Of a stretch of DNA of 64,000 nt, positions 36,301 to 46,700 are shown in pieces; within the stretch, counting starts at the first letter, position 1; every line of letters starts with the position of its first letter. The stretch is from Takakia lepidozioides. Taxonomy: Eukaryota > Plantae > Bryophyta. Both the position numbers and the translations under genes were made by a program. Below the pieces are notes generated by a model. That model was not told the origin of the DNA, searched no databases, and saw only the letters and a list, made by a program, of their open reading frames with translations. The stretch covers positions 40,176,001 to 40,240,000 of the forward strand of contig CM060731.1 of NCBI GenBank assembly GCA_030704615.1, given 5' to 3'.

Positions 36301-38082
36301 AGGATGGATTCGTTGGAGACTTATGAGCAAATGATTCGGGAAGGGGTGAAGCCCAACCACATCACGTTCGTTTGTGTTTGCGATGCATGCGCGAGCCTGG
36401 GAGCCCTGGAAAAGGGCAAAGAGGTCCATGGTGACATCATCGAAGCGGGAGTTGTACCAGATGTCATTCTGAACACTGCCCTGGTGGACATGTATGCCAA
36501 ATGCGGCAGCATCGAGGATGCAAAGGGGGTGTTTGACAATATGGCTGATCGTAATGTGGTGTCCTGGAACACAATGATCACAGCATATGCACAGCATGGG
36601 TGTGGGATGGAGGCTTTGGAGACCTATGAGCAAATGCTGCGGGAAGGGGTGAAGCCCGACCAGGTCACGTTTATTTGCGTTTGCAATGCGTGTGCAAGCC
36701 TGGCAGACCTGGAAAAGGGCAAAGAGGTTCATGGCGACATCATCAAAGCAGGAATTGTACCAGATATCATTCTGAACACTGCCCTGGTGGATATGTATGC
36801 CAAATGCGGCAGCATTGAGGATGCAAAGGGAATGTTCGACAATATGGCTGAACGAGATGTGCTGTCGTGGAGTGTGATGATCACAGGATATGCCCAGCAT
36901 GGGTGCGGGATGGAGGCTTTGGAGACCTATGAGCAAATGCTCCGCAAAGGGGTGAAGCCAGACCGGGTCACATTCGTTTGCGTTTGCAATGCGTGCGCGA
37001 GCCTGGCAGCCCTGGAAAAGGGCAAAGAGGTACATGGTGACATCATCCAAGCGGGAATTGTACCAGATGTCATTCTGAACACTGCCCTGGTGGACATGTA
37101 TGCCAAATGCGGCAGCATCGAGGATGCAAAGGGAGTGTTTGACAATATGGCCGAACGAAATGTGGTGGCCTGGAATGCAATGATTGCAGGATATGCCCAG
37201 CATGGTTGTCATAGGGAGGCCCTGCAACTATTTGAAGGAATGCAAAAGGAAGGGTTGAGGCCACATAGTATCACTTTTATATGTGTTCTCTCTGCATGCA
37301 GCCACGTTGGCCTACTGGATGAAGGAATACGCTACTTTGATTCCCTGAGTCTTCATGGTGTCACTCCGACAGTGAAGCACTTTGGCTGCATGGTGGACCT
37401 TCTTGGACGTGCAGGGCGATTGGATGAGGCAGAGGGCCTCATTAATAAAATGCCAATCAAACCAGATGCTGTGGTGTGGAAGGCCTTGCTTGGTGCCTGC
37501 AGAATCCATGGCAATGTGGAGATGGCTGAACGTGCGGCAACCTCTATTCTCAAGTGGGATGTACAGGATGCCGCGACCTATGTGTTGCTATCAAATATCT
37601 ATGCTGCAGCTGGCAGGTGGGACGATACTGCAAAGGTGAGAAAAATGATGAAGGTCAGAGGGGTCAGAAAGGAGCAAGGTTGCTGCTGCATTGAGGTTCA
37701 CAACAGGGTGCACACCTTTGTTGTAGATGACAAATTGCATCCCAAAATTGAGGAAATCCATGGTGAGCTGAGAAGATTGTCTGGGCAGATGAAGGAGGCA
37801 GGGTATATGCCTGACACGCGCTTTGTATTGCATGATGTTGGGGAGGAGCAAAAGGAATTTTCTCTTTGCTACCACAGTGAGAAGCTGGCCATTGGTTTTG
37901 GGCTGATCAGCACAGCCCCTGGGACACCTCTCTGCATCATCAAGAATCTTCGAGTGTGTGGTGACTGCCACACGGCCACCAAGTTCATCTCAAAGATCGT
38001 TGGCCGAGTAATTGTGGTTAGGGACACTAACCGCTTTCACCACTTTGAAGCCGGTGTTTGTTCTTGTGGGGATTACTGGTGA
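33308..38082 (+). CDS. Organelle-targeted PDF-motif (OSB-like) / PLS-PPR-E-DYW fusion protein, 7 exons, ~1245 aa
   Basis: Exons 33308-33533, 33705-33784, 33863-34070, 34282-34361, 34536-34668, 34825-34919 and 35167-38082 are all GT-AG and phase-compatible (3738 nt). They give a transit-peptide-like N-terminus, three W..FF.DP.QWWDNR..K|..P..PD(F/Y)K..LW..P.WV motifs, 20 PLS motifs, E1/E2, and a DYW domain with HSEKLA, CGDCH and terminal DYW. Confidence 0.75.
35167..38082 (+). CDS. Last exon: end of PDF motif 3 + intronless PPR-DYW RNA-editing factor
   Basis: Uninterrupted 975-aa ORF 35155-38082 with canonical PLS triplets and intact deaminase residues. Confidence 0.95.
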   Translation: MHPRGPDFKNNITYESLWIHSYKEPAWVDGQLEVALAAQLIESGTSTMATASKTGPKKGIHNTSSGTSGHVRMRQAGQLKEALNILNQGGISADSETYVCLLHKCIKMKSLKAGKQVHSHIIHSGFKPNIFLHNTLVNMYVKCGSILDAHRVFNKMPERSVITWNIMMAGFNKHGCGKNALETYEQMIGQGVKPNHITFVCVCNACASLAALEEGKEAHGAITKVGIVPDVILNTALVDMYAKCGSIEDAKGVFNNMAERDVVSWNTMITGYALHGCGMEALETYEQMMRQGMKPDQVTFVCVCNACASLAALEVGKEVHGDIIQAGIVPDVILSTALVDMYAKCGSIEDAKGVFDNMAERNVVSWSAMIGGYAQHGCRMDSLETYEQMIREGVKPNHITFVCVCDACASLGALEKGKEVHGDIIEAGVVPDVILNTALVDMYAKCGSIEDAKGVFDNMADRNVVSWNTMITAYAQHGCGMEALETYEQMLREGVKPDQVTFICVCNACASLADLEKGKEVHGDIIKAGIVPDIILNTALVDMYAKCGSIEDAKGMFDNMAERDVLSWSVMITGYAQHGCGMEALETYEQMLRKGVKPDRVTFVCVCNACASLAALEKGKEVHGDIIQAGIVPDVILNTALVDMYAKCGSIEDAKGVFDNMAERNVVAWNAMIAGYAQHGCHREALQLFEGMQKEGLRPHSITFICVLSACSHVGLLDEGIRYFDSLSLHGVTPTVKHFGCMVDLLGRAGRLDEAEGLINKMPIKPDAVVWKALLGACRIHGNVEMAERAATSILKWDVQDAATYVLLSNIYAAAGRWDDTAKVRKMMKVRGVRKEQGCCCIEVHNRVHTFVVDDKLHPKIEEIHGELRRLSGQMKEAGYMPDTRFVLHDVGEEQKEFSLCYHSEKLAIGFGLISTAPGTPLCIIKNLRVCGDCHTATKFISKIVGRVIVVRDTNRFHHFEAGVCSCGDYW

Positions 38083-39873
38083 AACGATGTTTTCGTGGAA
38101 ATAAATGTCTTGCTTCATTTCTTGATCTGCGTAGTTACTTCATTCAACCACCAGTAATCCGGAATATTGGCTATGATGTGTACTGTTGAGGCATTTCCTC
38201 TGGCATATGAACCTTCCAAGAGCTCATAGTGGGGTCTACCCAGCATATGTGGAAAGTCGGCCTATAATTGCACTTGACTGGAGGGTGGATTTAGACTGAC
38301 TCCAGTTTTAGTGGAGGAAATCAGAAAGTGAATAAAATTTGGAATGAGCTTGAATAGAAGGGGCAGCCTTGTGCACAAGTTTGTTCAACATCTTAAATGT
38401 GGATATGTTTGTATGTTTCTCATGGTGCCACTTTAGAGAGCCCTTGACTAAATTGCATGAACGTTGGCAAAAGCTAGCATTAAGATCTAATCCCATGGTG
38501 GCCGGAAATAAGTTCACCTGCTGATTGTAACATCAGTTTGTGTGCATTGGAGCTGAAGGTTGGGGACACTTCCACCCATTCCATCCACTCTGGAGCACAA
38601 ATGCCTACAGTTGGGGACCAAATTTTGGAGCATGTATGGAACCATTGTAAAGTATTCGACACCTGTTCATAGTTCCATGCAGGTACTGGCGATACTGCCA
38701 CAGTCCATGGAAGTTGGTGCTGATTGCTGCATAATTTTCAATAGCTGTTGATCAACCCTTCTCTTCAATTCAAAAGACACAGTCCCATATACACAGTCTC
38801 ATATACACATGATTGGTTGCAATACATGATTACAAGAGCAGTCTTCGTTAGTAGTTGCTGGGACCTGCTGGATCACTGGAAAACATGTGCTTGACTCGGG
38901 ATAAGATGGAGTCCTGACTTGGATCATAGGGATGGTCCTTTGACGGGATCTCCAGGATTGAAGGTATTGGTTTGTGGTAGCTATCAATCATAAAACGGAT
39001 CATGTTCGCAATCTGCACAGCCCCACTCCCAATTCAGTTTGAGGGACCCCCTCACAGAAGACTACATTTACTATCATGTATATGACGAACCTATTATGGC
39101 CGCTAACTGCAAATGTAGATCACAGCTCTGACTCTTTGGACGAGAATATCTTCCCCACATGTCAGTTCTCCACAAAAGAGTTTATATTATGAAGGGGTTT
39201 TGGCAGGCACTCACATATTGACTTATGAGAACAACAGCAATGTCCTCACGACTTGTAAACTCCTTGAATGCGTCTTCAATTGCTTTCACTGTGGTCTCTG
39301 CAGGGCCCAGTTTGTCCCATGCTAAAAGTCAGTTTACACACAAAGTAGGGTACTGACAAAAAGACAATTGAAACCACCATAACAGAACAGTAGTAGTTCC
39401 CTGTGAAGGTTGGCCATATGGTACCCTCCAGGCCATTACCGAGTAGACACAAACTCTCCAGGAGCAAATCGCGGGCTCTCAACCAGCCACACATAAAAAT
39501 CACTCCCAAACTTCCATGGCTGACCCACAGCCCACAACAATCCAATTACAGGGGAATGAGAGTTCATTGAAGTGCTGGAATTAACATCACACCAAAAACA
39601 TGATTCCAGTATGAGAAAGGGAAAGAGAGGTGAGGGGCTCACTAGAATCTACCACGAGGTAGTTGGTTTTTTTGCGAATGTCCACGTTCCCTACTCCTGC
39701 TAGCAAAAACCCAGTCACAGTGTCCTGCAAAAACCATCGTCTCCTTCAGATCCAACCCTTGTCTATCTCCAATTCAGCTTACCCAACAAATTCCTTGCAA
39801 AATGCGAGATTTTCACTCTAGGGAAGGTCCAAAGGACACAGAACGAAACAAATCAAAACCAGAGCTACTTGGA

Positions 39874-39876
<3 letters not shown>

Positions 39877-39924
<48 letters not shown>
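39877..39924. repeat. (AG)24 microsatellite
   Basis: Direct reading. Confidence 0.95.
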
Positions 39925-39926
<2 letters not shown>

Positions 39927-40387
39927 CAACACTTAGGTCATCACTAACCCAGAAAAATCAACCCGAAAAACTCGTGGAAGGTATAGAGAGAAACAAAGAA
40001 AGAGAGAAATTTATTACATCCACGGGAGGCCAAAAGGACGAGAGAAAGAGACATACCTCATCTGCAATGATGGCAATGAGAGAGGATCCCCGCGCTACAG
40101 CAGCTGCAGCTACCGCCATTCTTCAGCAGACGCTCACGCAGACAAGAAATTTGTTCGAGCAACTCTGCACGCAAATCTCAAGACTCTGAGCGCGGACAGC
40201 GTGAGGAAAGCAGTAGGTTTAGAGTTTAGAGCCCACTACGTTCATCGATGAATGCATAATTCTGCGCAAATAGACTTTCATCCATCCCAAGAAGTCCATC
40301 AAAGATGCACTCATTGGCACAACCCTGACCGATGTAATTGTGACCGTCCGATCTAAAAGAAATTTGGAGCGATGTAGGTTGTCCATG

Positions 40388-40570
40388 TGAAAAACTCTGC
40401 TGTCCAGAGAGGACGACATTCTGGACGGAACAGGCCTGCTGGCTTGCCAGAGCAACGCAGGGGGGCGCAGAGGCCGATGAAAAATTCTGCTGTCCAGAGA
40501 GGAGGACATTCTGGGCGGAACGGGCCTGCTGGCTTGCCAGAGCAAGGAGACGCAGGGGGGCGCAGAGGCA
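40388..40570. repeat. ~90-bp tandem duplication upstream of SWEETIE
   Basis: tgaaaaa(c/t)tctgctgtccagagagga..gcctgctggcttgccagagcaa..cgcaggggggcgcagaggc occurs twice. Confidence 0.8.
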
Positions 40571-40726
40571 GAGAGAGAGATCCAGAGAGGGGGACGTGCA
40601 GCATCGAGGAGAGTGAGGGATGGGTTGATGGGGCGTTGGTTCGCGGGAGGTGCGATTGTATGTGTAGCAATTGTTGCTGGAGGTTGACTGATTGATTTCG
40701 AGGAACGGGGAGGAGAGGGGGAGGAG

Positions 40727-43700
40727 ATGGCAGAAGGAGGGGAGTTGTCCAAGTTGGGAATACTGGTGGCGCAGCTGGAGTCTATCGTGAATGCGGCGGT
40801 TCAGAAGCCTCCGGAGCCTCTCATTTGCTTTGATCTTCTGTATGATCTCCTGAAGACTCTTGAAGAGGAATCGAAGGTGATTATTGGCTGGCTGTTTTTT
40901 TCAGTGCTTGTTGTGTGCTTGGGGTAGCATGTTTTATCTTACATGCCTCGAAGGGTCACTTGTTGAGAAAAAGTGAGGAACGCAAGCCTTGGATTATTTT
41001 CTGGATTGTAGGGTTTATCGTGGAGGACATTGTGTTGTCTCGCAATCCTACTATTCGTGTAGTTTGATTACGAACTGTTGAGTGTCGTGGAGGTTGAAGT
41101 GGTCTATGCATTGGTGCAAACTCCGTTGGAGACCGCTGGAGTTCGATCATGGGCTCGTTGTGCCATCATTGAGAGAGAACACGGTCAATGTCTCTTGTTT
41201 TGAAGTGTTCATGAAGCAATCTGGTTGCCACGTTGGTTGTCAGCTGAACACAATTAGCACTCTCATGCTATTATGAGTGGGGCTCGTTTTCTTTGAACTG
41301 CTAGAATGCGGGCAGGTCAAAAGTGTAAATTCTATATGACAGGTGATATGTATTCTTATGAATCCATTTTGGGAAGAAACCGAGGAAGGGTCAGTGCGAA
41401 AGCAAGATCAATCGCTTTCTTGCCTGGATCATGTGCCATTGCGATCGCTACCAACGTCTGAGCCTCAATTGGACCCACCTCTTCTAAAAACTGGAAGGAA
41501 TCTCCTGAATGTCGATGTGATTGATACAGAGACCATCTCACCGACCATCTGTCTACTGTTAGTTGAAGTGAGTCAAGACGACATTATTTCCGGTGCAAGT
41601 AGTTGTCAGTTTGTGAAGCTGACCTGATACTATGGAAAGCAGAGTTCTTCAATTTGAACTCCGGTAGGGTCAGTTGCAACTGACCTCTCATATAAAGGGA
41701 CCTTGTTAAGTAAACAATGCTGTTCATTTGGTTTAGCAACTCCAACAAGAACTCTCTGACCACAAAAATGTGAGAGAAGTATCTCAGAGCAAGGGGAAGA
41801 CAGGAACATCCATAAAGAATGGTGCTTGTTCCAGTGTGATGCTGGACTTAATCAGGCTTAGGGTTCACGAAATTCAAGTTTTGCACAGGAAGATTTATGA
41901 GCTAATGATGGGTTGTGAGCAGTTTGTTGCATAGAATGGTTGGTGACAGCAGACTGACAAACTTTGTAGTGGGAAGCCAAATGAGAGAGGCAACAATATG
42001 GTTGCATGAGTACTCTCCATCCCTACCAACTTTAACAGAAATATTCTGGTGCCTGCAGGGGTCCCTGCTGCTATGCCAGAGGAAGGGAGAGGATGCATTG
42101 CAAGCATTGCTGCTGCTCGGGGTCCGACCACCAGTGCGCCGCCTGGCTTCTACAGCAATGACAAGGTTCATAGAAAGGGGGGATAGTATATCTATCTACT
42201 CAAGGGCAAGCAGTTTGCAGGGCTGGCTATCTGACAAGGCTGACGTCCGGAAATCTGAACCAGCTTCTTGCATTGGTAAGGGAAACCAATGTCACCTGTG
42301 TCAGGACGAATTCTGAAGTGATTCTTGTGAGAATACTGGTATTGGTCTTGTCTTCATTTAGTTGCGAGTTTCAATGTGATAAAATGTTTTCTGGTGACTC
42401 ATGCTGATGACATGGGAAAAGTGCTCACACAAGTGGGCTATGTTAGGAGTCTACTTTGCAGCTGCATACATTAGTGGCAGCAAGGATTCACTTTTGAGGG
42501 TCTGCAAGCCAGGCATCTTCCTATTGATCCATATACGGAAGTACTGATACTGTACTGATAGATGCTGCTTTGCAGGGGCTGCCCAATGCTTGGGATCTTT
42601 GTACTGGGTGTTTGGGCAAAGGATCACTTCTGGATTGCTGGAGACAACTAGCATTGTTGCCAAATTGATGAAGTCCTCAGAGGTACCCAGTTCAAGACAA
42701 AAGGCTAGCAAGATGGAATTTTCTTCTTAAGAAAATTATACATCACTGCATAGTTTAAAAGAGGTGGGGGTGGTTCAGTTGGACTACCTAGATGAATAAG
42801 TTCCTCCCAATAGCCAACACCTGTTGTAGTGCAGTGGTTGATCATAGAGGTCGACCACCAACTTTGGGCGCTCTACACGGTGCATTGACTGTTTCGGATG
42901 TATTTACTATGGGACCTGAACTGTGAAATGTGCAATGATGCATGCTTCATGCATGGATGCCTTTGTGGGGGGAGCTAAAGATGAAGGAATTTGAAGATGT
43001 AGTGTGGAGATGATGTCTTTTAAGACTCAAAAGTCTCTGGCTAGGAAAACCCTTGATAGAGCGAACATTGTTAAGTACATCCTTAATTCCCTGATGTTTC
43101 CTACACACGTGGAAGAGTCCTGGTGACCTGTAGGAAGGATTGACCAAGAGATATAACCACCTGAAAGTGTCATGGGTATGACAGTTCGATGTGACTTTGG
43201 TTTGGTTAGAATTAGAGTCACCCTGGAACTCAACCACATGGTCTACTTTGAAAGGACATGTTCATTTGAATTACCTGCAAGTTCATGAATATCTGTTCTG
43301 TGCAGGACTGGGACTACATCAGTGGGAGCCAGGGGTCTGTTCATGTCAAAATCTAAGGATGAGTCTGTCATGTGATATTAGCATTGGTCTCACTAATTAG
43401 GGTTATGTCTGAAGCAGTGGTGGTTGGTGCTTCATACCACGGGTCAACCATTTTTATGATGTTGCTCTTATTTTATGTCTTTCCTGTTGGGTTGGATAGG
43501 TGAAAGTGAGACAGGCAGCTTTGCAATTGCTCCAGGATGCACTAGAGGGGTCCGGCGGTGGAGGCTCTCTAGCTGCATACACAGAAGCAGTTCGCATTAT
43601 CTTGAAATTTGGAGCTTCTGATAAATCAGCAGTTGTCAGAGCTACAGCAGCTGGATGTCTGCGAGCTGCTGCTGTCACTGGTGGGCCTGGTGTAGGGTAC

Positions 43701-46700
43701 AGTGGACTGGAAGCATGCATCACTCTTTGTTTAAAGGTATTTGACATGCAGAGTGAAGCCCTGTTCTTGTGGGTTTCTAAGCTACCTGATGCTGTCTGTG
43801 AATAGGATTGGAGTTCTTGTCTTTACGGGTTTGAGGCTTAGAATGACAAGTTGCTGCTTCTTAGTTCGATAAACTTGTTTTGCTCAAATTCCTGTTGTTG
43901 AACTGAAATATGTAATTTTTTTACTTTTATCAGTAGAGTGTGACCTAGTGGGGAACAAATCGTCTTTCAAGCAATATCTGCCAAATTATGAACTATCAGG
44001 TGTTGTTGGGTGCATCACAGGCTCTAGAAGACTCTGCACAACCGGTGAGGGATGGCTTTGCTGCAGCCCTGGGTGCTCTTCTTGCCCTCGGACTCAATCC
44101 CCAAGCACAGGTAGCGTTTGCAAGTCAATGAGTTCAGTATGCCAGATTGGTCCGAGATTCTTTTTCATTGGTTGATGACTGGAAATCAGCAATTAGAGTG
44201 CACATATGCAGTCAAATGAAAGATTCTTTTGCTTAAGATATATTGTTTTTCTTTCTGACATGCCGCAAATCCCTGGAGGTTTGATTCAGCTGACGGCAAA
44301 TCCAGTCATCAATGGATGGAGAGGATAAGCATGGCAAAACTTGTGTTATTGTTTGGCAAAGAGTTGAGTTCAGGTGTCAAGATTTCCTTGTCCATGAGGA
44401 GGCCCTCTGACAGCTGTGTTTCCATGAGGAGAGCACGTTTAAAAAACTGTCTAGACGGGCTACGCCTCCTCTTATGCGTTTTTTCAGTTTGTTGGGATAT
44501 GGAAGGTAATCGTAATGCAAGTGAATGGATTCTGATGGACCTTGTAGGCCCAACCAAAGGGGAGAGCGCCACCTCCTTTACCAGCTAAGCCATTGGAAGG
44601 AGCCTTGCAGAAGCATTTGATCATCCCCTTTTTGAGAGGTATCTTCTCAAACATTCTTAGTACAAGATATTGAGGTCAGACAAAGGTGGATAAAATTTCC
44701 AGGTGTTCAACTAAGTCCAATGCTCAGATGTGGTGGCTACTTCTGTGAGGGAAGGCTGCACCCACAGAAGTGGAGGACGTAAGTAAGGTCCCGGGTATGA
44801 AATGTTCTGACTTCAAATAGCACCCTATGTTTTGGGACAGCATCAGGTCCTCGATGCAAGGATGTTCGAGTTGGTCTCACAATGGCCTCAGTGGCCTTTC
44901 TGCAGGTACAGTGGTCCCTTTTTCTTGACCATTTGACTTTTACTCGGCTCTTTGGTAAAGCAGTGGTTACAATATTCTGCTGATCACACTGACTGCACGA
45001 CTGCGCTGCTGGACTGTGTTGAATGTTTGGTCTGTGGTGTGTACTGTTTAGGTCTTGTTGAAAGTAGCTGGAGGGTACAACTTGCTAGGATGGGCTGTCT
45101 CATAGCTCTGACCCCTCCTCTCATCAGTATGAGATAGAGCATCAAAATGCAGGAGCTAAGAGGCTTAACTTCACTTACTGCTTGTTTGTTTTCTTGGGCC
45201 TGTTCAGCCAGCACCCTTTTTTAGTGATGAAATAATACTCCCTATTCTGCAGGGAATGCATTTGGCATACGGGCATGACGACTTGGAGCTTTCAAACTTG
45301 GGGATGCAAGCTCTGAGTATGCTTACATCCAGCCCTGATGCTCATGCTCAGGTAACACTTGCAATCATTGGTAGAAATAAGATGTTCATGTATCTAATCT
45401 GGAATTTTGTTGCAGATTACTGTATGTGAGGGTCTGCCCACCATGCAAAGTTTTCAAGAGTTTTGCTTTGATTTAATAAATCTACCTCTAGGTCCTGACC
45501 GAGTTGACGTAGTGGAACCACAAGATAGTTCACAGTGAATTTGTTGTTGTCTGCCATGGAGCCTAATGAATGGACGAGCGCTTTATTCTGTAGTTTAGTT
45601 CACATTGGGAGAATGCGGCACTTGCACATTTATATGGCTTTCTGAAAACACCACCTTGGTTGTTGAGTTGACCATTTCTGTTGAAAGAACCCAGAAAGTC
45701 ACTCACTGCCATTCATGACAGCATCACTACCTAAGTGTTTGACTCTAACTGTTGCTGGATTTTTTGCTGTATAAGTTTCTGGATAAATATCCTCATTCTT
45801 AACCAGGGTGTGAACAGGCGTGTGTTTTATATATTCTTCGGGTTGGAGTTGTTGAACAAATGGGGGAACCAGCGCAAAAGGAATTTACTGTCCTCCTCAC
45901 AAAACAGGTTAGGTTTTTCATCTTGTCTTTGAGGTCAGCATTCTGCAGATATACTTTATCATGTCAGTGCACGCTTTATTTATTTGGTGGATTGAGATTA
46001 TCTGCTTGAGGATGCAAGGGCAGTTCAGCTATCTCCGGATTAAGGATCCCTCCTGGTGCGAGTGAATATTTTGTGGTGGAATTCTTCATTCAATGTCACT
46101 TGGCTTTGCATTTTCCTTTCTACTCTTCCTTCTCTCTTCAGACTGTTGTTCAAACTGGCAAGGGCAAAGCTCTGGGGCTCACTAAATTTTTCCACTGCAG
46201 AGGGGTCAACTCTGAGGTTAAGAAAACCATGCTTTGTCGCGTTATTAGACCTGCCTTGGAGTACGGATCTGCTATATGGGTTGATAAATCCAACCAGGCT
46301 AAGTCTCTAGAATCCATTCAAGTGGGGGTGCTTAAGGAGTGGATGTCAGCATGCTCCAAAACAGCCAATGTGGCTGTTCGGGGTGAGTTTGGCATTCCGT
46401 CCTTAAGCTCCCTACGAGATGAATTCAAGGTCAGATGGTGGGGTCAGCTGCAACATATGTCCAATACCAGATATCCTAAGCTAATCGACTCTATATCTTG
46501 GAAACAGGACTGCCCTGTCAAACAGGCTAAGTCCTGGCAGAAGAGAGTAGAAGAGATTCTCAAGGACCTGGACCTGGTACCGCAAGTCTTGACCCTGCTG
46601 GATAAATCTGACTTAGAGGCTGTAGCGTCCAAAGCCATGTCTGTTGCCATGAGATTGTCCGATGAAAATGAAGTTAGGCAGAAAACTTCCCTGAACTTGT

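Noticed and set aside
35449-37227. 592-aa minus-strand ORF
   Set aside because: Antisense shadow of the repetitive PPR exon.
40219-40752. 177-aa minus-strand ORF overlapping the SWEETIE start
   Set aside because: Low-complexity, driven by a tandem duplication and a GA-rich leader; no recognisable domain.
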